From Candidatus Brockarchaeota archaeon (GTDB lineage Archaea > Thermoproteota > EX4484-205 > JAAOZP01): a DNA stretch of 64,000 nt. Below the pieces are notes generated by a model. It saw only the letters and a list, made by a program, of their open reading frames with translations, ran no database searches and had not been told where the DNA came from. The stretch spans positions 16,542 through 80,541 of the forward strand of contig JAFNIQ010000001.1 in NCBI GenBank assembly GCA_017601395.1. Direction: 5' to 3'. Shown in pieces: positions 16,010 to 25,858 of the stretch. The translations under genes were made by a program, and so were the position numbers. Position 1 is the stretch's first letter. Each line of letters opens with the position of its first letter.

Positions 16010-17340
16010 TGAAAGTGAAAGCTTCTAGGTTTAATTTTTTTATACCTTTCTCAGATGGTTATTTAATATACAACACGTTTAATGGTGCACTGGCTTTTAT
16101 TGATGCGGAACTTAAGAACTTAGAGGCCAGCGACTTTCAAAAATTGCCTCCCAATCTTTTAAAAAGTCTCTTAGATCAGGGATTCTTAATCGAGGAGTTC
16201 GTCGATGAATTGCTAATGTACGAGTATTATTTCAACCTAGCAAGATACTTAACAAGTTCTGTAGGCTTTCTTCTATTAACTACGTATGATTGCAACTTTA
16301 ATTGTGTTTATTGTTATGAGAGACCTGTTATTTCCAAAGTTTATATGGATCTTGATGTCGCAAGAAGAACCGCTACTCATATTACCAAATTTACTGATGG
16401 GAAAATGGCTAAACATGTTGAGATAACTTTGTATGGTGGTGAACCCTTGCTGAATCTCAACATAGCTCAGGTAGTGTTAGATGAAGTTTTGAAATGGTGT
16501 CAGAAAAATGGTGTATCGTTGGATATCAATCTCGTAACAAATGGCTCACTTATAACTCCTGAAGTTGTTAATAGTCTTAAAGCATACAATCTTAACTCCG
16601 TTCAAGTGACGATGGATGGTCCAAAGGAAATTCACGATAAAAGAAGACCCTTTCGAAACGGCATGGGTTCTTTTGATGTAATAATGTCAAATGTTCTTAA
16701 TTGTATAGATAGTCTGCCCATAACTATAAGGGTCAATGTTGACAAGGGAAACGTCTCTTATTTCCCTGCTTTTTTGGATTTACTAGACGATTTGGGTCTA
16801 AAAAATAAAGCGGGATTATGGATTGCAATGCTTCATGGATTAGATGACTATTGTAAAACTATGAAATTTAATGATAAAGAAGCAAACGAAATACGTTACA
16901 ATATGTGGAGGCTTGCTCTCAAAAGAGGCTTCAAATTCGGATGGTATCCCTCAAGATTCCATTTATGCGATGCGATGAGGGACAACGCTCAGATAATCGA
17001 TCCTAAGGGCAATATATATAAATGTTGGAGTTTTGTAGGACTTGAAGAGTGTACTGTGGGTAAAATAGGAGAAGGAACTTACAAGCCTTATTTTTATGAA
17101 TTGTTAACTAGGAATCCTATAAGAGACGCAAAATGCAGCAGATGTAATGTACTGCCATACTGTAATGGGGGGTGCCTATATGAAGCTTACTGCCATACTG
17201 GGAATAGATCTAATTTTGTATGCGGTGTTCTTCAGGGAAAGGAAGCGTTAGAGAGCATGCTTACTCTACATGTTATTAGTATGTACAAGGAAAAACTTGT
17301 AAAGAGTGAAGTAAGCGTAGGCAATGAAATCTATGATTAA
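16009..17340 (+). CDS. Radical SAM enzyme with C-terminal SPASM domain (peptide-modifying maturase family; anSME-like)
   Basis: CNFNCVYCYERP (CxxxCxxC) near residue 95. C-terminal …YKCWSF…ECTVGK…CSRCNVLPYCNGGCLYEAY auxiliary-cluster (SPASM) cysteines. Confidence 0.85.
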   Translation: MKVKASRFNFFIPFSDGYLIYNTFNGALAFIDAELKNLEASDFQKLPPNLLKSLLDQGFLIEEFVDELLMYEYYFNLARYLTSSVGFLLLTTYDCNFNCVYCYERPVISKVYMDLDVARRTATHITKFTDGKMAKHVEITLYGGEPLLNLNIAQVVLDEVLKWCQKNGVSLDINLVTNGSLITPEVVNSLKAYNLNSVQVTMDGPKEIHDKRRPFRNGMGSFDVIMSNVLNCIDSLPITIRVNVDKGNVSYFPAFLDLLDDLGLKNKAGLWIAMLHGLDDYCKTMKFNDKEANEIRYNMWRLALKRGFKFGWYPSRFHLCDAMRDNAQIIDPKGNIYKCWSFVGLEECTVGKIGEGTYKPYFYELLTRNPIRDAKCSRCNVLPYCNGGCLYEAYCHTGNRSNFVCGVLQGKEALESMLTLHVISMYKEKLVKSEVSVGNEIYD

Positions 17341-18412
17341 TGCCATTGTTACAGAAGAGCTTACAAGAATTTTCAAAACCTATGTCCTAAAGGGTTACTA
17401 TGAAAGCGGTTGGGAACATGGAGGGGTTTTTCTTTACAATATATGGAAAAGACTTAGAGCTGAGAAGACAATGGTTCAAGCTCTAAAGGGAATTAACCTC
17501 AGAGTTAGAGAGGGAGAGTTCGTTTTCCTCGTAGGTCCGAACGGCTCCGGTAAGACTACGTTGATAAGGATATTAGCAACTTTTCTCCTACCTACCAGCG
17601 GAAAGGCCTTCGTAGCGGGATATGATGTTACGCATCAGAAAAGAGAAGTCTTGAAAAACATTAGTTACATACCCTCTCTTCTCGCAGGGGCTGCTTGGGC
17701 CCATGTAGGGCTTACAGTGGGAGAAAACCTAAAAATAATGGCAAGGCTCTTCGGCTACTCGGAGAAAACATTAGACGAAGCCTTACGGACGTTGGAAATA
17801 GAGGATCTTAAGAATAGAGTCTTCGGATCCCTTTCCACGGGCCAGCAAGCCCGGGTCGTTCTAGCTTTAGGCATGATCAAGAATGCTCCAATCTTCCTTC
17901 TAGATGAGCCAACGTTAGGTCTAAGCCCTGAAGCCGTGCGGATAGTCCTAGATTATTTAAAGTATCTAAATGAAAAGATGAAGGTTACAATTCTTTACGC
18001 CACTCATCACCTTATGGAGGCTCAGAAAATGGCTGATCGAGTGGTCTTCCTGAAAGACGGTACCATATTGGTCGATGGAGATCCAAAAAGCATAATTAGG
18101 AGCGTGGGAATTACAGAAACAATAATATTGGAGATTCATCATGCATACTTCGATATTGGCAAAGTCCTACATGAAATTGAGGACCGCTGTATATTTACCA
18201 ATGCCGAGTTATTGGAATCTGAAACGGGTGAATACGTCGTCAAGCTCGGTGTAAAGGATAGTGGGGAGGTTCTCCCCGAGATAATCCACAAGCTAGTGTC
18301 GAGAGGTTCAAGAATTAAGAATGTGAAAGTGTTGGAACCCTCTTTAGAAGATGCGTTTATGTATTATGCGAGGAGGGGTCCTGGGAGTGCGGAAATACAA
18401 GGAAATAGTTAG
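17324..18412 (+). CDS. ABC transporter ATP-binding protein
   Basis: Walker A GPNGSGKTT, signature LSTGQQARV, Walker B IFLLDEPT. The start overlaps the rSAM gene by 17 nt. Confidence 0.85.
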   Translation: MKSMINAIVTEELTRIFKTYVLKGYYESGWEHGGVFLYNIWKRLRAEKTMVQALKGINLRVREGEFVFLVGPNGSGKTTLIRILATFLLPTSGKAFVAGYDVTHQKREVLKNISYIPSLLAGAAWAHVGLTVGENLKIMARLFGYSEKTLDEALRTLEIEDLKNRVFGSLSTGQQARVVLALGMIKNAPIFLLDEPTLGLSPEAVRIVLDYLKYLNEKMKVTILYATHHLMEAQKMADRVVFLKDGTILVDGDPKSIIRSVGITETIILEIHHAYFDIGKVLHEIEDRCIFTNAELLESETGEYVVKLGVKDSGEVLPEIIHKLVSRGSRIKNVKVLEPSLEDAFMYYARRGPGSAEIQGNS

Positions 18413-19241
18413 GGTCAATCTCCGACATGTTCTCAGCTTCTACAAGGAGGAGGTGAGTGTAACTACTGCTTGGTGGGCTTGGAACATACCGTTTCAGCTT
18501 GCCAGTATCCTAATATCCTTACTCATCTATTACTATTATGCATTAGCGTTTGGAGGCTATAGCCCTCTTTTTGGAGAAAACTTCATGACATTCATAATAG
18601 TGGGGCTCATGATGAACACTTATCTAGATATTTCTATGGATGCTTATTACTCCGCGATCAGCGCGCTCTATATGGGCAAAGAGGGTATAGGTGGACTAGC
18701 TATAAGTAGAATGGACTACCTTAGTCTGGCAGGAATTTCGCCTTATGTATTTATCTTTGCGAGGATCAGCTATTATTACATAACGCAGACTATCGTATTC
18801 CTTTTGTATTTTCTGGCTGGACAGTTTTTCGGCGTTAGTATCCCTTTTTTAGAGAATCTCGGTTTGGTCGTGATAGCCATGATGCTTGGTATAATTGCTT
18901 GCAGTGGCATAGGGCTGATATCGGCTAGCATGTATTGGCTTGCTGGTAGCTATAGGGGTGTTGAACCAATTAGATGGACTATAAGGATGCTTGTACCGCT
19001 TCTCTCCGGGATATTTGTACCTCTTCATGTTTTACCAGAATCGATCAGAGCAATAAGCATATTGCTTCCTCAGACTCATACATTACAAGCAGTCAGAGCA
19101 TCTCTTGCAGGAGCTACCTTATCTCAGATACTTCTGAACTTAGAAGCACTGATAATATTCTCGGTAGTACTCGTACCGGTCGGATTATTACTGCTTAAAT
19201 ACTCACTTAATCTGGAGAGAAAAAGAGGCACGATCTACTAA
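18351..19241 (+). CDS. ABC-2 type transporter permease (6 TM). The true start is probably an internal Met or GTG a few codons downstream.
   Basis: Six hydrophobic helices and an ABC-2-like length. It overlaps the preceding ATPase gene. Confidence 0.7.
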   Translation: MRLCIMRGGVLGVRKYKEIVRVNLRHVLSFYKEEVSVTTAWWAWNIPFQLASILISLLIYYYYALAFGGYSPLFGENFMTFIIVGLMMNTYLDISMDAYYSAISALYMGKEGIGGLAISRMDYLSLAGISPYVFIFARISYYYITQTIVFLLYFLAGQFFGVSIPFLENLGLVVIAMMLGIIACSGIGLISASMYWLAGSYRGVEPIRWTIRMLVPLLSGIFVPLHVLPESIRAISILLPQTHTLQAVRASLAGATLSQILLNLEALIIFSVVLVPVGLLLLKYSLNLERKRGTIY

Positions 19242-19366
19242 ATAATGGCTTAGCCCGCGCATGTCTCCAACGATTTCCTCTCTGGTTAACTCGAATCTAT
19301 GCATGCCGGTGGGGCATACGAGAGGTCAAATATTTAGGTTTTTAGAAACCGATTAATTGACCTTAA

Positions 19367-20728
19367 TCATACTTGTGAGACAAGTTTTCTTGCTCTTTCA
19401 GCAAGTTCCGCGCGTTTCCACATTATATCCTTCGGCAGGGTTAATGAGGCAGCGGTGAGAACCACGGCGCATATCGACCAGGTTATGGTTATTATCACCA
19501 CCATTCCCCATTCCAATCCTATGATGTCTGCCAAGTAGCCAGTAATAAGCGGGGCAAAAGCGGAGCCTGCGTTTTCAACGAATACCTGTACTGATTGAAT
19601 GGTGCTCCTGACCTCGGGAAGAGCTATGTCTTGAAGGGAAGCTGTTACAGCAGGGCCCGCCATAGGAATGAAGAAGCCGGTAAGCGCTCCGAACGCGGCG
19701 AAGAGCTCCACGCCACCCTTCGTCAAAAGCGTCAGGTCGAAAAAGACCAGGCCCACGGCCACCGATATCCCGGCGAAAATCGCCCTCCCTTTCAAAGTCT
19801 TCCTGAACGCCCAGTCGCTCGTTATTCCTGCAACAACGTTACCGGCAACCATCGCTGCAATCGCAACAAGCATTATGAACAGCTGTGAATCCGGGTCGAA
19901 CCCCCTCTCATAAGTCATGTAGGCAAAAAGCCAATAGGTTATTATCTGCCAAGGGAAGACTCCGAAGAAGCCCTGCGTAAAAAGGAAGATCATCGATTTT
20001 CTCCTCAGCACTTCGATCAACGACTCCTTTCTAAAAGTATCTTTCAACTTATCCTTCACAGCAAGCAGTTCCGGCTCAGTGGAACCCCTCGGCTTGTCTC
20101 TTAACGTGGCCACTATTAGAACTGCCAATAGCAAGCCGGGCACCCCAGTTATCATGAAGGCGCTGCGCCACCCTAGGGTGCTGCCCATGATGGTTCCAAT
20201 AATGGTTCCAAGTAGGGCCCCGATTGCAGCGGAAGTATTCAGTATGCCGAAAGCTGTAGACCTTTTCTCAGGTGGGAAATGGTCGCCAATGAACGAGACT
20301 ATCCCGCTAGTCGCCTCATTATCAATCCCGGTTAAGGCCCTGGTAAAGGCCAGCTCCACGAAATTCCTTGAGAAGGTTGAGAACACGGTTGTTCCCCCCC
20401 AGATAGCGCTGGCTAAAGCGGCTAGGTGGGGTCTAGCGTACTTGTCGAAAAGGTAGCCCCAGAGGGGCATGAAAATCACTGCAACTACTGCGGCGCCAGT
20501 CTGTATGGCGCCCAGCTGAGTATATGAGAGAGTAAACTCATCCTTTATCGAGGGAAGGAGCGGCGAGATTAGAAACTTATCCGAATTATGGAGCACCATG
20601 AATAGGAAGAACACGAAGACCGCGTACCAAGCTTCGCGCGATATACTGTAGGATGGAATCCTAGCCATCCTGTGCCCACCCCTACCTAAGGTCCCTCCAG
20701 CCAACCAGAGTGAAACCCAGTTCCTCAA
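19367..20728 (-). CDS. MFS transporter. The start is probably at the internal Met 60 nt downstream (about 20668).
   Basis: 12 predicted TM helices. The motif G-x-L-x-D-K-Y-A-R-P after TM2 is typical of the major facilitator superfamily. Confidence 0.75.
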   Translation of the reverse strand: MRNWVSLWLAGGTLGRGGHRMARIPSYSISREAWYAVFVFFLFMVLHNSDKFLISPLLPSIKDEFTLSYTQLGAIQTGAAVVAVIFMPLWGYLFDKYARPHLAALASAIWGGTTVFSTFSRNFVELAFTRALTGIDNEATSGIVSFIGDHFPPEKRSTAFGILNTSAAIGALLGTIIGTIMGSTLGWRSAFMITGVPGLLLAVLIVATLRDKPRGSTEPELLAVKDKLKDTFRKESLIEVLRRKSMIFLFTQGFFGVFPWQIITYWLFAYMTYERGFDPDSQLFIMLVAIAAMVAGNVVAGITSDWAFRKTLKGRAIFAGISVAVGLVFFDLTLLTKGGVELFAAFGALTGFFIPMAGPAVTASLQDIALPEVRSTIQSVQVFVENAGSAFAPLITGYLADIIGLEWGMVVIITITWSICAVVLTAASLTLPKDIMWKRAELAERARKLVSQV

Positions 20729-21557
20729 CTATTTGTCGAGCCTCCTTAGAGGTGACCAGCTGGTAATCCAGATACCTGTCTACGTGGCTCGTCACGCCAT
20801 GGCTAGGTATTATTGCCTTCATCTCCTCTTCGGGAAGGCCAAGGTGTACTATTATCTGAGTCAATGTTCCAGGCTTAATATCCTTCAAAACATCTCTAAA
20901 CCATTTTATTCTTTCCTGCAGGTCGGAGCCGAATGTAATGCCGATGAAATTATCAAGCATAGACGTACCGGATTTAAGAATCCTGCTTACAAGATCATCT
21001 GATATAGTTATGCCCATCTGCTTAGCCACTTCGAACGCGCTGTCAGTGGGTTTAATCAACATCGGGATAAGGCCGTTATCCAAGGCAACCTTCACATAGG
21101 TCTCTAAGAGATCCGGCCTGAAGAAAACAGTGCCCATGTGAGTATCAAGATGAGAGGGCTGTAGACCAAGGTCGAAAGCCCTTTTCACCTGCACCCTCAG
21201 CTCAGCCTCAACCTCCTTCCGCGAGGCTTTTGCAGCATCCTTCGCCTCCTTATGCAGGTATCCCTGCTCATCTAAGAGGGTTGGAACCTCGCTCCTTGAA
21301 CTAACCGGGCCCCACCTGTAGAGCCTCCACTCGCTCGTCAGCGTCGAATGTATCCCGTAGTCGTAACCCGGGTTCTCCTTGAAGAACTCAACCGCTTCGA
21401 GTATCCATGGGCATGGCATCATAAGGCTGCAGCTTGAAACCACGCCGTTTTGAAACCCTAGGAAGGTTGCCTTATTCTCTGCGTGACACATGCCGACATC
21501 GTCTGCATGGATAATCAGAAGCTTGTCATTCCGGTCGAAGCCGCCAGTCAACGGCAT
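20682..21557 (-). CDS. YdjC/ChbG-family carbohydrate deacetylase
   Basis: The N-terminal LLIIHADDVGMCHAENKA motif, with its metal-binding Asp and His, is characteristic of YdjC-like deacetylases. Confidence 0.75.
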   Translation of the reverse strand: MPLTGGFDRNDKLLIIHADDVGMCHAENKATFLGFQNGVVSSCSLMMPCPWILEAVEFFKENPGYDYGIHSTLTSEWRLYRWGPVSSRSEVPTLLDEQGYLHKEAKDAAKASRKEVEAELRVQVKRAFDLGLQPSHLDTHMGTVFFRPDLLETYVKVALDNGLIPMLIKPTDSAFEVAKQMGITISDDLVSRILKSGTSMLDNFIGITFGSDLQERIKWFRDVLKDIKPGTLTQIIVHLGLPEEEMKAIIPSHGVTSHVDRYLDYQLVTSKEARQIVEELGFTLVGWRDLR

Positions 21558-21783
21558 ACTTGTGAGCTAGAAATGCTAAAATATAAATTTTTAAAAAACA
21601 AGGCAGTTTCTCGCCATGTATGCAACATATTACTGCATCCTCAATAAACTCCTCATCTTAAGATAGTGGAATAATCCTTAAGTATTAACAGTCTCGCTGC
21701 ACTATCTTTTAGAGACAGGTCGACTTTCCGAAGCGTTTTAGCTTAAATGACTAAAATATTCGCTTTTTCAAGACGCGCAAAAA

Positions 21784-23055
21784 TTACGACTCAGCGTATT
21801 GCTTGATTCTGATTCGATACGTCAGTAAAGCTAAAGCCAAGAGTATAGCAGTCGAGGAAAATATCTTAACAGAGTCTAGAATCAGGGTCTCGGCAAAAGT
21901 TTCGAACACGAGTATCCTGCGGCTGGTCTCAATACTCCAGGCTGGGGGAAAGATTACAGCCAGCAATCTTACGGGTTGAGGCATCCATTCCAAGGGAAAC
22001 CAGATCCCGGTGGTAAAACTAAGAAGAAGGCCGAGGACGGTACCCATGCCTGAAGCACCTCTCACCGTTTTTGATAACAGTGAGACTAGGGCTCCGATGC
22101 TCATGCTCATCAGGGCTCCGCAGACCATGAAGGCGACAGCTAGAAGGTGTATCGGATTCAATGGGTCTAAAACGATGCGTGCCCCCACAGCTGGAGAGAT
22201 TCCTACAAGTATCAGTATCAATGCGGATATTAGTAGGGTCGTTAATTGAGATAGGAAGCTTCCAACTATAAACTCTCCTTCAGTAAGCGGGGTTGAGAAA
22301 AGCTTCCTAAGAGTCCCCCTCTCCTTCTCGGAGACTATGAGTATCGCGCCGCTGTTAAACCCGAAGTAGAGGAACATCATGCCTATTGCTCCAATCGTAT
22401 ACCAGCCCAGTGTTCTCACACGGTCTTCAAAGAACTCTGGAGATACGTGGTCAATAGTTAAGTCTAATGGTCGCATGATGCCTTGTACAGTAGCGTTAAA
22501 CCACCGTTTCTCCTCCTCTGAGACAGGCAACCATTTGATTATGTTCACTGCTTTTTCAACCCTCTTAAACGAGATTCCTTCAGAGAACCTTTCGAGAAAG
22601 CCTATTATTATTGAGGAAGATATTTGTGCAGACTCCGGGGTTCTTGAACCAACGTATGCGTGAAGCCTTGCTTTCTCAACCGGATTGATTACAGCGTAGC
22701 CTAATCCTTCAGGCACAACTATTACGCCGTCAAGCTCACCTCTCCTCAAAGCCCGTAACGCTTCCTCCTCAGATTGATAGGATTTCACGTTAAACAGCTT
22801 TGAATCGTTATACTCTGCCTCCTCCAAGAACTTAATTAAAGACGAGCCGTTAAGCGGCGTTTGAGAGCTGTCTAAGTTTACAATCCCAAGGTTAAGCACT
22901 ATTGTTCCCCCGTCACCGGTCGGCGGCACGAAAATGTATGCAGTCATGAAGATCCATATCAGCGGCCATGCTACGAGCCAGAAAACAAACGTCTTATCTC
23001 TAATCATCAGCTTTAAATCACGAATGATGAATGAAACCATTGGTTTTATTCTCAT
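21784..23055 (-). CDS. ABC-2 family permease with a large extracytoplasmic loop (YhgE/Pip-like topology)
   Basis: N-terminal TM, an extracytoplasmic domain of about 170 aa, then 5-6 C-terminal TM helices. It is translationally coupled to the upstream ATPase with a 4-nt overlap. Confidence 0.65.
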   Translation of the reverse strand: MRIKPMVSFIIRDLKLMIRDKTFVFWLVAWPLIWIFMTAYIFVPPTGDGGTIVLNLGIVNLDSSQTPLNGSSLIKFLEEAEYNDSKLFNVKSYQSEEEALRALRRGELDGVIVVPEGLGYAVINPVEKARLHAYVGSRTPESAQISSSIIIGFLERFSEGISFKRVEKAVNIIKWLPVSEEEKRWFNATVQGIMRPLDLTIDHVSPEFFEDRVRTLGWYTIGAIGMMFLYFGFNSGAILIVSEKERGTLRKLFSTPLTEGEFIVGSFLSQLTTLLISALILILVGISPAVGARIVLDPLNPIHLLAVAFMVCGALMSMSIGALVSLLSKTVRGASGMGTVLGLLLSFTTGIWFPLEWMPQPVRLLAVIFPPAWSIETSRRILVFETFAETLILDSVKIFSSTAILLALALLTYRIRIKQYAES

Positions 23056-24005
23056 TCCTCCAGCCTCCTTCCGGTTAGCTTTAGAAAAACATCTTCAAGC
23101 GTAGGCTTGACTACGCTTACACTCAACACCCTTACTCCTTTCTCACCGAGGATTAGTATGGTCTTAGGCAGATCCTCGTCGGGGTCGTCAGTATGAACAC
23201 GTACTTCGCCGTTACAACTATAAACGTTTCCCCAACGGCTCTTTAAAACAGCAGAAGCATTCTCGACTTGTTCAGGAACGGGCTTAATCACTAGCACAGC
23301 TGGCGGGGCATAGAGTTTTTTAAGCTCCTCAGCACTGCCCTCCGCGATTAACTTACCCTTGTCTATTATTGCAACCCTGTTTGCAAGTCCTTCTGCCTCG
23401 TCAACAAGATGAGTCGCCATGAGGATGGTAACTCTGTTTGAAACTTTTTTGCGTAACAATTCTAGGACGCTTCTGCGCATAGCCGGGTCTAAAGCTGTAG
23501 TCGGCTCATCAAGTATCAGCAGCTCAGCCTCAATGGCTAGGGACAGTATGATTGAAGCGAGTTTCATCTGCCCCGTTGACAGTTTGGAAGAGAGCTTGGT
23601 TGCCAACTCCTGAACACCCAATTTTTCAAAAAGCCACTTAGCCTCCTGGCGGACAGTATTCCTGTTAAAACCGTATAACGATGCGTAGAAATCAACATTC
23701 TCCATTACTGTTAGCCAAGGATATAGTGGTGGAGTCGCTGGAAGATAGGAGATTTTTAAACGCGTTGACGGATCGAAAGGACTACCCCCAAGAACCCTAA
23801 TGCTTCCAGACGTCGGCTTCATAACGCCAGCTATAATGTTGAACAACGTTGACTTGCCTGCACCATTCGGCCCTATGAAAACGTATACCTCGCTAGGCCT
23901 AACCGTGAAGCTGACCGCGTCCAGCGCGACGACACTGTTATATGATTTAGAAATTCCTTGAGCAGCAACCACTTCCTGCCCCATGATTCTATCACATTGT
24001 TTCAA
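23052..24005 (-). CDS. ABC transporter ATP-binding protein
   Basis: Walker A GPNGAGKSTLFN, signature LSTGQMKLA, Walker B LILDEPT. Confidence 0.85.
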   Translation of the reverse strand: MKQCDRIMGQEVVAAQGISKSYNSVVALDAVSFTVRPSEVYVFIGPNGAGKSTLFNIIAGVMKPTSGSIRVLGGSPFDPSTRLKISYLPATPPLYPWLTVMENVDFYASLYGFNRNTVRQEAKWLFEKLGVQELATKLSSKLSTGQMKLASIILSLAIEAELLILDEPTTALDPAMRRSVLELLRKKVSNRVTILMATHLVDEAEGLANRVAIIDKGKLIAEGSAEELKKLYAPPAVLVIKPVPEQVENASAVLKSRWGNVYSCNGEVRVHTDDPDEDLPKTILILGEKGVRVLSVSVVKPTLEDVFLKLTGRRLEE

Positions 24006-24490
24006 TCGCTATCTTTAAGTCTTATTCTTAATCTATTATCCTAAAAGATTAGGCTCATATTGCATAATGTGCAAGCCATATGGAAATCTATATCGGGTTG
24101 TTTAATCTGGAACCCATGTATGTGCCTAAACGTACGTTCAGACTACTTGAGCTAAAAATTTCGAAAATATGATTAAGGCTATTGGGTTTGAGGAGCAGGA
24201 TAGTTTTCCCATATGGGACTACGTAGACGATTTGCAAGTTAGGGATTATTTCACCCCCAGGTGGATAAGGATTTGCTTAACGCTCAAGGTTAGAACGACC
24301 TAGGTTTTGATTTGTGCAGGGTTCAGCCCTAGCTATAACTCGGAAGAAAACTGGATTGAAGAGGCTAAACGACTTATAAAGTGGCTTCCCAAATGGAGGT
24401 CATTTCATCGGTTCCTCTAACGAGATGCGCCCGCTCCACTCCTTGAAAACATGTTTCTAAACTGTCGAGCAATCGGTATCCTGTTATCAA

Positions 24491-24994
24491 CTATCTTCTC
24501 GCTTCTCTGACCATGTGGCCGATTTCAGGAAGTATCAGCCTCCTAATCGCTAATTCCACAGCGTTCTTCGAACCCGGTAGACATATAAGTATCTTTCCCT
24601 TTACAACTCCTGCGAACGCTCTTGTAAGCATCGCAGCCGTACCTATTTCACTGTAGCTGAGGAACCTGAAAAGCTCGCCGAACCCCTCAATCCTCTTCTC
24701 AACTGTTTTAGAGACTGTTTCAACCGTAACGTCCCTCCTGCTCAACCCGGTTCCTCCAATAGTCAGTATAACGTCGATTCCCCCGTTGCTAAGCAGCTCT
24801 TCAATGATCCTCCTTATCTCCCCCTCGTCGTTCGGCACGATAATCCTCTTACACACCTCGTGCCCACTGCTCTTCAAAATATCCTCCGCTATCCTACCGG
24901 ATTCGTCTGTTTCAACCGTTCTGGAGTCGCTTACAGTAACCAGTGCGAAAACGAGGCTTCTGGGAGAAGCCTTCCTATGTTCTAAATAGTCCAA
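24491..24994 (-). CDS. moaB: Molybdenum cofactor biosynthesis protein B (MogA/MoaB family)
   Basis: GGTGLSRRD motif, 167 aa, MogA/MoaB fold signature. Confidence 0.8.
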   Translation of the reverse strand: MDYLEHRKASPRSLVFALVTVSDSRTVETDESGRIAEDILKSSGHEVCKRIIVPNDEGEIRRIIEELLSNGGIDVILTIGGTGLSRRDVTVETVSKTVEKRIEGFGELFRFLSYSEIGTAAMLTRAFAGVVKGKILICLPGSKNAVELAIRRLILPEIGHMVREARR

Positions 24995-25443
24995 TCCTTA
25001 ACCTTCTCCTCGATAACTATGCTTTCTATCGCTGTGAACGGATACTGCCCTTTCTCATCCTTCTCAATCTCCTTAACCATGTCCCAGACCGTTAGTAAAG
25101 CTGCAGCCACCCCGGTTAAAGCCTCCATCTCCACACCGGTCTTAGACTCTGAGACAACCCGACATACTACTGAAACCCTGTCTTCCCCTGTTTGAAACTC
25201 GACAGCTATATGTGTTAGAGGAATAGGGTGGCAGCCGGGTATCAGCTCAGGAGTCTTCTTAACAGCTAGGATTGCTGAAACCTTTGCAACAGTAAGAACA
25301 TCGCCTTTCGCAATCCCACCGGTTTTCAACGCATCCACTGTTTCGCGCCTAAGCCTTATCCATCCTTTCGCAACAGCCATCCTGCGCGAAGGCTCCTTGC
25401 CGCTTATGTCGACCATCTCCAGCCCCTTTTCGTTCCAGTTCAA
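24982..25443 (-). CDS. moaC: Cyclic pyranopterin monophosphate synthase accessory protein MoaC
   Basis: MVDISGKEPSRRMAVAKG N-terminus and …GVEMEALTGVAAALLTVWDM… block. Length 153 aa. Confidence 0.85.
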   Translation of the reverse strand: MNWNEKGLEMVDISGKEPSRRMAVAKGWIRLRRETVDALKTGGIAKGDVLTVAKVSAILAVKKTPELIPGCHPIPLTHIAVEFQTGEDRVSVVCRVVSESKTGVEMEALTGVAAALLTVWDMVKEIEKDEKGQYPFTAIESIVIEEKVKDWTI

Positions 25444-25446
25444 GGT

Positions 25447-25857
25447 TTAAACAGCCTCCTTAACCCATCTTTCCCCTCTGGGTGTAACCTCTTTTTTCCA
25501 TATTGGTGCACGCGCCTTAACCTCGTCTATAATCCAGCTGCAGGCTTTGAAAGCCTCCCTCCGACTTTCGGCTGAGGCGGCCACCAGAACAATGTTTTCA
25601 GCCTGCTTCAGTCTTCCAACCCTGTGAATAATGGCTGCATCAATTATTCTGAATTTTTCTAAAGCGTTTCTCCTTATTTTTTCAAGCTCCGCCTCCGCAG
25701 CCTCCCTGTATGCTTCGACAATCATCTCGCTAACGGTCTCCCCCTCCCTAAACCCCTTCACAACACCTAGGAAAAACACTATCGCGCCGGTTTCCATTCC
25801 CTTCAGTGTTGAAGCAACCTCGTCTATTGAGAAATCATCCTCGGTAACGCGGATCAT
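25447..25857 (-). CDS. moaE: Molybdopterin synthase catalytic subunit MoaE
   Basis: Length 136 aa with the conserved …GAIVFFLGVV…IVEAYREAA… MoaE-like blocks. Adjacent to the MoaD-like gene. Confidence 0.7.
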   Translation of the reverse strand: MIRVTEDDFSIDEVASTLKGMETGAIVFFLGVVKGFREGETVSEMIVEAYREAAEAELEKIRRNALEKFRIIDAAIIHRVGRLKQAENIVLVAASAESRREAFKACSWIIDEVKARAPIWKKEVTPRGERWVKEAV

Positions 25858-25858
25858 T

